Below, one piece after another: positions 1 to 12,934 of a stretch of 64,000 bases of DNA (the first letter of the stretch is position 1; the number at the start of each line of letters is the position of its first letter). This DNA comes from Octopus sinensis (lineage: Eukaryota). The position numbers and the translations under genes are program-made. Location of the stretch: NCBI RefSeq assembly GCF_006345805.1, contig NC_043009.1, positions 35,712,001 to 35,776,000 on the forward strand. Reading direction: 5' to 3'. The notes under the pieces were generated by a model that saw only the letters and a program-made list of their open reading frames with translations, searched no databases and was not told the DNA's origin.

Positions 1-278
<278 letters not shown>

Positions 279-415
279 CCGAAATTGCGAGGATGATCCG
301 GTTCTTGACTGAAGATTAGAGGCTTCGAATGACCCGTCCGTTTTTTGTGTCGTCTATTTGAATGTTTTGCGTTCTTATCCCATTTTGTATTTTTATATAT
401 CTTTTTATATGTATA

Positions 416-812
416 CTAGCAGTATCGCCCGGCGTCGCTCGGGTTTGTAAGAGAAATAACTATATAAGCATTTTTAGAGAGTTATAGCCAAAAGATAGCA
501 AAACAATGCATTAAAAATGGAAAAAAAATTATGGTAAATTTTTTTTTAAATCGTTGACTCATCATAGACATTTTTAGAGAGTTACTTCCCTTATATAATA
601 GCGAAAAAAATGCATTAAAATGGAAAATAATGATGGTAAATTATTTTTAAAATCGTAGACTCATCGTAGACGCGCGTTAATACACAGAAGGGCTTGATAT
701 GAATCACGACTATAAGATACCCGGTTTTGGTTAAACTGCACCGCAAAATGTGGGAGTAGTTAGGAATCTAAATCGTAGGAGACAGACACACAACTTCACT
801 TTTATATATAAA
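416..812 (-). mobile_element. Non-autonomous Helitron-like element
   Basis: The minus strand ends in a GC-rich hairpin (CCCGAGCGACGCCGGG) followed by ...ATACTGCTAG|T, with CTAG at 416-419. The other end has a TGTGTGTCTGTC tract. An internal ~110-bp direct repeat is present (TTTTTAGAGAGTTA...GACTCATC twice). Confidence 0.7.
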
Positions 813-858
813 TATTTCGTTTTGTTATTTGGGTTGCATGATTCTTTGTGTGAGTTCG

Positions 859-1043
859 TGTGTCTGGGGAGAGTCGTTCTCTTTTGGTACCTTATAATTT
901 AACACACTGACCGGTAAAATTTCCACTTATTTCTTTTATATTTGCAAGACGCAACGAAAATTTTAGAAAAAAGAAGTGGAAATTTTACCGGTGAGTGTGT
1001 CAAACTATAAGACACCAAAAGAGAATGACTCTTCCCAGACACA
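859..1043. repeat. Fold-back element with ~70-bp inverted arms
   Basis: 859-928 (TGTGTCTGGGGAGAGTCGTTCTCTTTTGG...ACCGGTAAAATTTCCACTT) is the near-exact reverse complement of 974-1043. Confidence 0.9.
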
Positions 1044-1047
1044 ACAG

Positions 1048-1079
<32 letters not shown>

Positions 1080-1159
1080 TATAATGGTTTCTACAAACTT
1101 TAAAAGAATTGCTTTACGGTTCATTGAAAACTATTAGTCACGTGCATTTTCTTTCGCAA

Positions 1160-1358
1160 TCACTGGTGTGGTAATAAGCTTGTCTACTCTAGGTACAAGG
1201 CCAACATTTTTGGTGAGTGGGCCAGTCGATCAGATCGACCCCAGTATGAAACTGGTACTTAATTTATTGACCCCGAAAGGATGAATGCCAAAGTCGACCT
1301 CAGCGAAATTTCAACTCACAACAACTTAATGGCAGACGAAATCCCGCTAAGCATTCTG
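1160..1358 (-). mobile_element. SINE family A copy (octopus-type SINE)
   Basis: Reverse complement of the core GTCGACTTTGCCTTTCATCCTTTCGGGGTCGATAAATTAAGTACCAG seen at 11158-11376. Confidence 0.85.
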
Positions 1359-2384
1359 GATATTGAAAAGTTTCATTAAACGCATGCTTTGAGTAAAGGA
1401 CGTGGTACAACACTGGATTACCTTCAAAATGTCAGGAAGTAGCAGTTCCACTTTAGCCACTTTCCCAACTAATAATATATAAAAGTTGTAGCCAAGATTT
1501 TGTGAGCTGTATGATACATGCGCACGCATCTTTCTCTAAAGCCTCTAGTTGACCAATAGCTTGTGAGTGAAATTTCGTAAGCATAAACAGTGGGTAGTGC
1601 GCGCACACGAGCGCACATGCACGTGTGAAGAGCAGCGGAACCACTGTCACATGTCAACTATAATTACAGAGTCCAAGTTAAAGATACAGTAGATAAAACT
1701 TTTAATTTCATTTGGTCAACAGTATTTTATTATCGATCTATTATTCACAAAGCACAGTTTTTTGTTCGATCTGAGACGGCCAAACAGAACTTATATCAAT
1801 GGTCATTTACATTAACAGGAATACTTAAAATCTCAGCTGTCATTCTTAATCAGGGCAAATTGATGTGACCTGACTTGGAGCCATAAAACAAAAAAGAAAT
1901 ATGATGATGTCTTCTCTTCCCAACTATGGAATCACTTATCGAGCTGCCAGTACACTGCTCTGGGCTGTATTTGCTCTTTACGGAAGACAATACATGTGAA
2001 AAAGAAAATCGATACCAGATATTTCCCGTCATCCTAATCTATGTTGCTAATAGATATTCACGAAGTCTTAACAGTTATATTCTTGTCAGTCTCTCATTTC
2101 TTGTATGTGTTTAGATTTCTATTTTTTTATCTCCTTATCTTTCCATTTATTTCGCAAATATGTATGGTTGAGCATATGTACGGTTTTTTGTCTTGGTTAC
2201 TCATACATATGATGATACACATACACACACCTACTCATACACATACACACACACACGCATACACACAGATACACACACCCATACACACACACTCATACAC
2301 ACACACACTCATACACACACATACAAACACACACATACAAACACACATATACTAACACACACACACACACATTTATATATATAG

Positions 2385-2580
2385 TTCAAATTCACAGGAA
2401 ACAAAAGACGAAGACAGTTGTAGGAACAAAAAGCAGTTGCATTAGTTTAACGCTCGGAAAGAATGGAAAAGCTTTTTTATGTTTCGAGTCTACGCTCTTC
2501 GACAGAAAAGATTAGGACGGAAGGAAAAAAACCCGAGTGAGAAAAAGAATATGCTGAGTTCAAGGGTCCAACATGACCAG
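2385..2580 (-). mobile_element. Putative PLE pseudo-LTR fragment with variant hammerhead motif (same family as 17140-17325)
   Basis: The reverse complement aligns by eye with 17195-17320. The minus strand reads CTTTT-CTGTCGA-A-GAGCGTAGACTC-GAAA-CA-TA-AAAA. Confidence 0.6.
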
Positions 2581-2835
2581 ATGACCGGAAAAGAAAGAGG
2601 CTGGATGAAAGGGAGATAATAAAAATAATAATGATACACACACACACACACACACACACTCACACACATACAGGGGAAGGAGAAAGGGCAGTGTTCTTGA
2701 CACTTTGTAAAGAATGCATGACGCATATGAAAAATAGAGGAATTTAAGCTGAAGATAGAGACTTGGCCAAAAATACGTGCATCGTGGTGCACGTCCTTAA
2801 AGCAAGCAACGACGGAGTGATGGTATTAAACTCAC

Positions 2836-2970
2836 CAAAGTGGGATTAAATCAACTATCTTAAGACAATATCAGTTCCAATAGCAACGTTCCCAGCGTTG
2901 TTGTCATCAACCAGAATTGTTTCTGATTTCTTTACGTAGTAATGCTGTAAGTTTTGATCAAGATTTAACC
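2836..2970 (-). other. Candidate spliced exon (non-coding or UTR)
   Basis: Minus-strand acceptor TTTCCATGTGCTTACTGCAG and consensus donor G|GTGAGT flank 135 nt of non-repetitive sequence. All three frames contain stops. Confidence 0.3.
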
Positions 2971-3323
2971 CTGCAGTAAGCACATGGAAATGTAAATATA
3001 TGTATGAATATATGCTTGCGTGGGTCCGTGTATTTGTGTGAGGCATCTGTGTCTGTGATTGACACCCCCCTCTACCGCTTCACAACTGGTATTGGTGTCC
3101 TTTAAGTCCTCGTATCCTAACGGTTTCGTCAAATGAGACCGATGGAATAAGTAGTGAGGCGTTTCGTTCGTTTAAAATTCTTCAAGGTGGTGCATGCATA
3201 AAGACTGCAGTCTAATGATTGCAATAAGTATGTTGTGTGCGTGTGTGTGTTTATGTGTATGTGTGCGTGTGTGCGCATGTGCACTTCTACGTGGGTGTAT
3301 ATGTATATATATATATATGTAGG

Positions 3324-3554
3324 TAAGAGCAGAAAGAATTTCATCAAAAAATCATCACAGAAGATATACGTCCAAAATAATATTGTATTAATAGATAGAT
3401 GTATAAATATATAAAGTATAATTGTTTAAAAAGTTTAAATAATTTTAAAGCTTTAAATAATCATACTTTACATATTTATATATCTAATTATTCATACAAT
3501 ATTATTTTAATATATTCTGTGATGATGTTTTAATGTAATCTTTTCCTGCTCTTA
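3324..3554. repeat. Fold-back element, internally deleted relative of the 8129-8836 element
   Basis: Left end TAAGAGCAGAAAGAATTTCATCAAAAAATCATCACAGAA and right end TTCTGTGATGATGTTTTAATGTAATCTTTTCCTGCTCTTA are inverted. The same termini occur at 8129 and 8836. Confidence 0.8.
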
Positions 3555-3634
3555 TTTACAATATAAAATCGCTGTTATGTAAGTAGGTGTGTGCGTACTT
3601 GTCTGTCTGTGTCTCTCTGTGTCTGTGTGTGTAT

Positions 3635-4020
3635 TGCTTCCCAACCACATAGATCGGAGTTCAGTCCCACTGCGTGACTTCTTGGACAAGTGTCTTCTAC
3701 TATAGCCTGGGTCCAACCAAAGCCATGTGAGTGGATTTGGTAGACGGAAACTGAAACAGGTCAGTCGTATATATGTATAATTATACATCCACGAGTGTAT
3801 CTTTCTGTCTCTGTTTGTCCCCCACCAACGCTTAACAACTGACATTGTTGTGTTAACATCCCTGTAACTTAGTGGTTCGACAAATGCGACTGATAGAATA
3901 AGTACCAGGTTAAAAAATAAGTAGTAGGGTCGATTCATTCGACTAAAAATTCTTTAAGGAGATATCCCGTGCATGGCCGCAGTCTAATAACTGAAACGTG
4001 TAAATAGAACAAATAAAAGA
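3635..4020 (+). mobile_element. SINE family B copy (tRNA-like head, central microsatellite-prone segment)
   Basis: GTTCAGTCCCACTGCGTG (B-box-like), GTGAGTGGATTTGGTAGACGGAAACTGAAA, and a 3' end GCATGGCCGCAGTC...ACTGAAAC with an A-rich tail. Confidence 0.85.
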
Positions 4021-4794
4021 TACACACACACATACGTGTGTGTGTGTGTGAGAGTGAGAGAGAGAGTGTGAGTGTGTGTGTGAGACAGAGAGTGTGTGTG
4101 TATGTGTGTGTGTGTGTGTTTGTGTGTGTGTAAATCAAAGGTTGGCTGAGTCGAAATCTAAAATAACCGTCTAAAGGATAGAAGTATCAATTACACTACC
4201 GGTATATTACCTATGTTTAACCATGGGCATACATATGCAAGCATATTATGCTCATAAATTATAGGAAAAGACAGGAATAAAGATGTGTTTATCAAGAATA
4301 AAAATTTAAAGAAAACAGAAAATGTACATCAGTACCTCTCCATTTTCTTTTTTCTTTAAATTTTATATATATATGTATGTGTGTGTGTACGTTTGTACAT
4401 ATATGTATATGTATATATAGGGGAGATTAAGAAAGAAAGCTAAACGTAAGAAAAAAAAAGAAAACGTGATACGGAACTAATAATAGACTGAGAGAGATAT
4501 AGCTATTAAAAGCAAATAGATATCTGTTTAGTGATAGCAAATCTGACGGGTACTATTTTAGATCAATAATATTTCGCTGTTTAAAGAGCAAACTTAGCCT
4601 AGAGTTATATATTGGAAGCTTGATAAGCGATTGCATTGTCTTGGATACCGAAATCGTCGTACTTTTGTTGTTATTGATTTGTATCCCCAATACACACAAG
4701 TGTGTTTGTGAATGAATAAATGTAAGAATGCGTGGTGGCTCACTTTTCTTTCATTTTCCTTATATTACACACGGGCGCGCGCATCGATAGGTGA

Positions 4795-4797
4795 ATC

Positions 4798-4840
<43 letters not shown>

Positions 4841-4841
4841 T

Positions 4842-4906
<65 letters not shown>

Positions 4907-4907
4907 T

Positions 4908-4938
<31 letters not shown>

Positions 4939-4939
4939 T

Positions 4940-4975
<36 letters not shown>

Positions 4976-4976
4976 C

Positions 4977-5073
<97 letters not shown>

Positions 5074-5087
5074 TTAGATAGATAGAT

Positions 5088-5123
<36 letters not shown>

Positions 5124-5192
5124 TTAGATAGATAGATAGATAGATAGATAATTTGATAGATAGATAGATAATAGATAGATAGATAGATAGAC

Positions 5193-5286
<94 letters not shown>

Positions 5287-5287
5287 T

Positions 5288-5319
<32 letters not shown>

Positions 5320-5321
5320 TT

Positions 5322-5409
<88 letters not shown>

Positions 5410-5419
5410 TATATATAGT

Positions 5420-5499
<80 letters not shown>

Positions 5500-5501
5500 T
5501 T

Positions 5502-5596
<95 letters not shown>

Positions 5597-5608
5597 GGAT
5601 GGATAGAC
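4795..5608. repeat. (GATA)n array, ~0.8 kb
   Basis: Direct reading. Confidence 0.99.
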
Positions 5609-5609
5609 A

Positions 5610-6345
5610 GTGAAAGAGTGAAAGAGCAGCGCATGCCATCAAAGTGACACTGGAGTACAAATATACGAAGCCCAATACACTGATCATGAATGCCCGCCTG
5701 ATAAGCATACAGTAGGCACATGGATCACAACCATATGTGTTCAATATGGGGATCTCATATGAAAATAAATAGCACTTGACCTTGCAGGTGGGGCCCAGTT
5801 AGAATTTTCTGCAGGTCGATTAGGCCATCCTGCTCAAAAGGTCTCTAAATAAAGTTTGTATAAGTCTGATGAACGAAACACCCATGTTCCAGAAGTGAAT
5901 TGTACAAGCCCCAAAGAATTCCTCTCAACATATGGTTATGATGCTCCCACCCCCACTATTTATGCCAGTGATCAGAGATGCACACATCGTCAGCCAGTAA
6001 GGGACAAGCCAAACTAGTTAACGTCAAACTACTGACAAGCACATTTGTGGTACTGAGCAGAATATTTGCTGTAGACCATCTTTTATACCATGACAAAATA
6101 TTATTATTATTATTGAATGTGTGAGCAGCGCACGTCATCAAAGTGTCACTGGGGTGCAAATATACGAAGCCCATATACCCATCATGACTACCCGTTTGAT
6201 AAGGATAATCAGGTACATGTATCACAACATATGTGCGCGACGTGATGACTTCATATCAAGATAAACAGCGATTGAATTTGAAGCTGGGGCGCAGTTAGAA
6301 TTTTCTTCAGGTCGAGAAGCCTATGCCACTCAAAAGTTCCCTAAA
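5610..6345 (-). mobile_element. Two diverged adjacent copies of an interspersed repeat, probably a retroposon 3' end with an (AAT)n tail
   Basis: GAGCAGCGCATGCCATCAAAGTGACACTGG...AAATATACGAAGCCCA at 5623 recurs at 6123. The (TTA)n run at ~6100-6114 is tail-like on the minus strand. Confidence 0.7.
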
Positions 6346-6368
6346 TATGTGCCCGCGAGAGATAGAAA

Positions 6369-6431
<63 letters not shown>

Positions 6432-7591
6432 CGACCTTTCGTTTTCAGAGTTCAGAAAGTGGTAGATGTATGTCAAATGCAGAAGATTATAGAAGCAGTG
6501 TCATTGAGTGTATGTAATGATATGGAGTTGGAAGCAAAATGGATAACATGCAAGACCATAAACCAGATTTCACCTGTAGATCATGGATCAGTGCGTCACT
6601 TCTTGGAAACAGTTTCAGTAGGAGGGATAAATTCTTAGTGAATATATTTAATGGTTTGGAACCCTAAGCCTGTGAAAAGTGGTTTTATGGCGAACTCTGT
6701 GGAGAAAACGCATCCTTTAATGATCAAGAAGGGTTATCTAGAATAACAGTTTCGTAGTATAAGTACTTCAGAGTCCTCGAGTTATGCAGATCAGACTCGT
6801 CAATCTATTGCATCTCAAGTATAACTCAAGTTGTCTCGGCCCGCGTTGCTATAAGACCACCAATTTAGGGACGAGTGCGTAAGGCTGATCATTTAGCGCA
6901 ATAGAAATCCAGAAATGAAATTCATGAAATCAACACCAGATGGGAGAAGGGCACTTATTGAACGGTTGGTTTATTTTAGTCACAACGAGATAAAACGGAA
7001 GGTGCAATATAGATGGATGTAGATGTGATTCGCTGATCATCTGCCCCATTCTATCTCAATTCTAATATTCGTCGAGATGTAGGAATTGGTGATTTTCGAA
7101 AATGAACGAACAAGGACGTAACTGAACAGAATTCACCAATGGTTTTAGTCGAAAAGGAAAACGGATAAATTACTTTCGAACAGTGATACATGTTGTGGAA
7201 TTAAAACCGTTCGAGCTGCACCAACATTATCACGCAAATCCCTAGAATAAATGTAATAACGCAGTTATTGACCCGGTGGATATCTTTTTACCAGCAAAAT
7301 AATTGGTCAGAAAATGTAATCTAAAATAAAATACATTTAGTTACTTATCAACTAAAGTCATTTGGTTAATAAATAATTGATGGAAACTCGACATTCAGTG
7401 AAAAAGAATGACTGTGGGTCGAAAAACAGCCAGATACATCATTGCTTTCTTGGTGCCTGGTATCATTACTTTTTCCTACATTGAATTGTCTCTAACCGTT
7501 TCTTTGTTTTACTATCTATGGAACTAAAAGACTATTCTGGTTCTTTTTTGCCTATAATTCTATTTCTCCATAGCAATATTGCCAACACACA

Positions 7592-7790
7592 AGGCAGCGA
7601 GCCGGTACAATCTCCCCCGCGCCGAACAAAATGATTAATGGCATTTCTTCCAACTTTCAGTGGTGAGTTTCAAAGCCAGTGGGGTCAACTTTGCCTTTCA
7701 TCCTTTCGAGCTCAATAAAATATGTACCAGTTAGGCACCGTCAAAATTACAGCCCTTGTGCAAAAATTTAAAACTAATATTGCCTACACT
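7592..7790 (+). mobile_element. SINE family A copy, diverged
   Basis: AGGCAGCGAGC head and GGTCAACTTTGCCTTTCATCCTTTCG core. Confidence 0.75.
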
Positions 7791-8128
7791 CAAATTGATT
7801 AGGCAAATAACTGTTTGTTCCCCACCCATTCTGTCTCTTTTTAATCTATTTTGTTCACTCACTGATCATCACTCTTATTCTTTCCTTGTCAATCATTCAT
7901 TGTATCTATTTCTTTCTCTGCTTAACTATTTCTTTATCCACCAATAGTCCTTCTGCGAATCAGTCGACCTAGCAAGATATTAATTACCTGACTGTATGTG
8001 TGTGTATATATGTATATATAGTTAATTGAATATATTCAATGAGAATACAGTACACTGAATTTCGAATAAGTGTTGTTGGTAGGGAATTGTCTAAAATATT
8101 GAAGGTATTTAGAGCGATTATATATTAT

Positions 8129-8836
8129 AAAGTAAGAGCAGGAAAAATTACTTCAAAAAATCATTATTAATAGATAGATATATAACTATATAAAGCATGA
8201 TTATTTACAAAGTTTAAAATATCTTACAACCGTTTCATGATTGTATTACCCTTCGAAATGAAATCTAAAATTGATAATCATTATTAGTTAATACATCCAC
8301 TCGTCAGAGAAAAACGGTAATCAATCGAATGCTATTTAAAGATATATGGAAAAGATATTGTTTAAAAAGTTACGGGCATAGATGTGCGTTGGTCCAACCT
8401 TGAAGAAATTTTCTGCATTTATGGATCACATATTGAAGAGAATAGAATTATGAGATTATATCTACACTCAGCCATTATGGATTACTGCAGAGTATTTTAT
8501 CACGGATGGGTATTGTTTCTTCGAAATTTTAGCCCAAGGTTGGACCAACGTACATCTATAAAACCAACTTTTTCAAAGTCATTTTCATATATTTTTAAAT
8601 AGCATTAGATTGACTACATGGAAAATCACACTTTTTTTCTGGCGAGAGGATGTATTGCCTAATAATGATTATCAATATTAGATTTCATTTCCAAGGGTAA
8701 TACGTTCATGAAACGATCGTAAGATATTTTAAACTTTTTAAATAATCATATTTATATATCTATCTATTAATATAATATTATTTGGGATCTATATCTTCTG
8801 TGATGATTTTTGATGTAATTTTTCCTGCTCTAACTT
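8129..8836. mobile_element. Large fold-back element (~280-310-bp inverted arms), each arm carrying a hammerhead-like motif
   Basis: 8129-8412 is the diverged reverse complement of 8522-8836 (e.g. ATAGATGTGCGTTGGTCCAACCTTG vs CAAGGTTGGACCAACGTACATCTAT). Hammerhead-like motifs lie at 8221-8310 (-) and 8636-8725 (+). Confidence 0.85.
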
Positions 8837-8840
8837 TATA

Positions 8841-8880
<40 letters not shown>

Positions 8881-8881
8881 T

Positions 8882-9113
8882 CTTTTTTCTTTTAGTTTTT
8901 TTACTTGTTTCAGTCATTTGATTGCAGCCATACTGGAGTACCGTCTTAAAGGGTTTTAGTAGAAGAAATTGCCCCCAGGGCTTATTCTTTGTATACCTAG
9001 TACTTATTCTATCGTGGACTTTTGCCAAACAGTTAAGTTACATGAACATAAGCACACCAGCATCGGTTGTCAAGCGAAGGTGATTGGGGGACTAACACAG
9101 ATACACACACATA

Positions 9114-9166
<53 letters not shown>

Positions 9167-9402
9167 TTATATATATATATATATATATGTATTTACATAC
9201 ATACATATATATATATGTGTGTTTGTATGTATGTATATTCATATATATATATATACGACGGGCTTCTTTCAGTTTCCTTCTGCCAAATCCACTCACAAGG
9301 GTTTGTTCGACTACAGGATATAGTAAAAAACACTTGACCAAGATGCCTCGCAGTGGGGTTGAAGCCGGAAACATGTGGTTGGGAAGCAAGCCTCTTACCA
9401 TA
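8882..9402 (-). mobile_element. SINE family B copy with an expanded internal (AT)n
   Basis: Both halves of the family B sequence flank a ~150-bp microsatellite (~9100-9255). Confidence 0.88.
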
Positions 9403-9948
9403 AAGACACACGTGTATGTATATATGTATGTATGTATTTATATACACGCATGTATGCATGCATGTATATATGTATATATATATATATATAGTATGTATGT
9501 AAACACACACAAGCATACAAACATACACACGGACAAAGATACGTACATACATAGACACACATTGTTCAATGTCTATCAATCTATTGTAAAAAAAATAATG
9601 GGAGACAACGCGTTAACAAATATTTGCACACTTTCAATGTTTGCAAAGACGTGTTTCCGAAAAAATATTATTAAATATTTGCATTATACTCATTAACACA
9701 CATAGTCATACATTTTATGTATGTATGTATGTATGTATGTATGTATGTATGTATGTATGTATGTATGTATGTATGTATGTATGTATGTATGCATGTATAT
9801 ATGTATGTATATATGTATGTATGTATGTATGTTTGTATGTATGTATGTATGTATGTATGTATGTATATCGATCGATAGGTTAGTAGATAGATAGGTGCGT
9901 AGAAGTAATAATACATACAGACACATAAATACACAAGACACATGTGCG

Positions 9949-9980
<32 letters not shown>

Positions 9981-10115
9981 CATCGGTGTGTGTACATATA
10001 TATGCATTCAAGTATGTATTTACGTATACGTATATAAATACATACTCACAGACACTATAGCTGACAAGATAAGTAGCTATAATGATACATACACACACAC
10101 ACATACACACACACA

Positions 10116-10156
<41 letters not shown>

Positions 10157-10546
10157 TATATATATATGTTTACAATGGACGTTCAAGGATGTATCTGTCT
10201 AAGTTTGTCTGTGTATGCAGCGTGTATTTATGTGTCTATATGATCGTAACTACATTTAACAGTCAGAAAAATCAACGTTGTAGATGGTTGATGTTACAAA
10301 GATTGGAACTTAACATTTATTTATGTTTAATCAGTTCTCGGTTGTGCAAGGAGGAAATTATTTTGATATAACATCACTTGAGACAGACCAATAATCGATT
10401 CCTCAGGGTTAAAATATGTCATTCCCCACTATATTTATTTATTTTCGTTTGCGTTCCATTGTTTATCAAACATTTATATTTACATATACACACATTATTA
10501 TCTATGTATATATGTATCTATGTATCTATCTATCTCTCTCTCTCCG

Positions 10547-10613
<67 letters not shown>

Positions 10614-10686
10614 ATGTATGTATGCATGTATGTATGTATATACATGTATATATATATAGAGATAGACAGATAGATAAATATATATA

Positions 10687-10807
10687 TTGGCCTGCTCGCT
10701 TAGCCACCGGGGTAGCGTCATTTGAAGGCTAAAACAATGCGAAGCGCATTGTGACCAGCGATGTGCAGCAACATCTGATAGCCTGGTCGGTCACGGTGAT
10801 CACAGTG

Positions 10808-10808
<1 letters not shown>
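10687..10808. repeat. Short, highly structured GC-richer insert between (AT)n tracts, possibly a LINE terminus
   Basis: Complementary segments: ACAATGCG/CGCATTGT (10734-10752), GACCAG/CTGGTC, GATGT/ACATC and GCTA/TAGC. Confidence 0.5.
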
Positions 10809-10848
<40 letters not shown>

Positions 10849-11157
10849 CACACACACATACATACATAATACATACATAGATAGTTATGTATGTATCTCT
10901 TTTATCCTTGTATATATACATGTTTGTGTGTTCGTGTGTGTATGTGTGTGTGATAATCCTTGGATTGGATTTATACATATTTTAATGCATTGCTACACGC
11001 GTTTCTACAAATGATATCGAAATCACATTCCTGGAGTTATTACAATGCAGTCCATAGTATCCATGGACGTCGGGTAGGTTATGTTCATGCATTCATTTCT
11101 TGGGGCATATATTCAATCTACATAATATCAGCACAACTCGGTGCGACCAAAAATAAG

Positions 11158-11376
11158 GGCGGCGAGCTGGCAGAATCGTTAGCACGCCGGACGAAATGCT
11201 TAGCGGTATTTCTGAGTTCAAATTCCGCCGAGGTCAACTTTGCCTTTCATCCTTTCGGGGTCGATAAATTAAGTACCAGTTACGCACTGGGGTCGATGTA
11301 ATCGACTTAATACCTATGTCTGTCCTTGTTTGTCCCCTCTATGTTTAGCCCCTTGTGGGTAATAAAGAAATAGGTA
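11158..11376 (+). mobile_element. SINE family A, well-preserved copy
   Basis: A-box-like GAGCTGGCAGAATCGTTAGC, B-box GAGTTCAAATTCC, core GCCTTTCATCCTTTCGGGGTCGATAAATTAAGTACCAG, and 3' end GTGGGTAATAAAGAAATAGG. Confidence 0.9.
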
Positions 11377-11516
11377 TTGCCTGTTGGCATCATTAGGTTG
11401 TAACCGATATAAGAGAATGGGAACTTTTATACGCATATTCAAAACGTTTCTAGTAAACGAACTTAAATAATATATATGTATGTATGTATTTACATATATA
11501 TAGATGTGTATGTATG

Positions 11517-11591
<75 letters not shown>

Positions 11592-11594
<3 letters not shown>

Positions 11595-11940
11595 GAAATA
11601 TTAAAATAACTAAGTCTCTCTCAAAAGAGAACAGCGGCAGCGTTCCCGGAAAATAATAGTTATCGCCATACTAATATGGCATTCTTATAAAAATAAGAAA
11701 AAAGCTGTCCGCTTATTAGCTCCATGAGGCCATCGCCTTAAGTTAGCTATTTGATACACAAACTGTATCCATATAACTTCGAACAAGGGAGGTCAGTCGC
11801 TCCACACTACTTGACCGGCAGCTACAGACGCGTTTCGGAGTATTGCCCCTTTTCAATGCAGCGTAGCCAGCCAGTAGGTGTCGCTTCCGACAATCTCTGT
11901 TCGATGTATTCCACCGAAACTAGGTAAATAAAACCATTTT
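11592..11940 (-). mobile_element. Putative PLE pseudo-LTR fragment embedded in (AT)n
   Basis: Non-repetitive ~350-bp block flanked on both sides by (AT)n, containing a hammerhead motif at 11821-11862. Confidence 0.6.
11821..11862 (-). ncRNA. Minimal type I hammerhead-like motif with variant core
   Basis: Minus strand: GCTGCA-TTGAAAA-GGGG caata CTCC-GAAA-CGCG-TC-TGTAGC. Stem I is 6 bp, stem II is 4 bp, and stem III is the palindrome ACGCGT. Confidence 0.65.
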
Positions 11941-11941
11941 A

Positions 11942-11999
<58 letters not shown>

Positions 12000-12009
12000 T
12001 ATATGTATT

Positions 12010-12041
<32 letters not shown>

Positions 12042-12934
12042 TGTATGTATGTGGGTATATATGCATGTGTGTATATACAGAGCCATATGGCGTAATGCTT
12101 AAAGGGTTCGCTTTGATGCTAAGAGATCTCGGGTTCGATCCCTTCTCTCAAATTTCATTTTCTCTTGCCTTGGTTCGACTTATACGTTATGAGTGCGGAT
12201 GGATGAATTGTACCAGTAGTCCTAAACGTACAACTTTCTTACACACTATGTCACGCTGATTCCACCTGAAAAATTGCAGAAAAGGTCCGTGTATCTGCGT
12301 GATTCTCAACCATTGCATATAAATCCAATGAGTAGGTAAATCGAACAACTGAGTATACATCGACGAAACACCCACCGAGATCCACCGTCTTTTTCCTTGT
12401 CTTTGTGTTTGAAGGTATGTGAATCTGTGTGTATGTGTGTGTGTACGTGTACGTGTATGTGTGTGCAGACGCGCAGGTGCGTGTAGGCACGTAGGTATGG
12501 CCGGTTTAAATGCTAAAGTGTTAAACGAAAATACTATAAATTAGTGAAGTAGAAAATATTTCAAGTATATTAGACGCCTAAAATGTCGTAAGATCAAAGA
12601 TATTGTAAACATGTCTTCTTGTTTGTCTTGAGTGTTTCGAAAAGCTGAACGTCGTTAGAGTCACTGAAATAACAACAGGTGTTGTGAAACAAGTAGCTGC
12701 TCTTGAACTACCATATATTGCATGTAAAATGGCTTCTACTAAATTCCGGAGTATCTTAAAATTTTCCAATACTAAGAGTTATTGAATTCTATATATGAAT
12801 TATCGATTATAAATTCTTAGAAATTTGCACTTTCCGGAAAAGACAGATGAAAAAAAATAAAGTATATAGAGTAAATTTATCTTCAGAAATGAAAAGATAT
12901 TTTCATAATTACATTTATATTTTAATATATTTGA

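Noticed and set aside
6480-6750. Possible RTE LINE C-terminal remnant (KWFYGEL motif)
   Set aside because: A single short motif only, too decayed to call.
11158-11232. tRNA-like A/B boxes as tRNA genes
   Set aside because: No cloverleaf can be formed. They are SINE heads followed by the SINE body.
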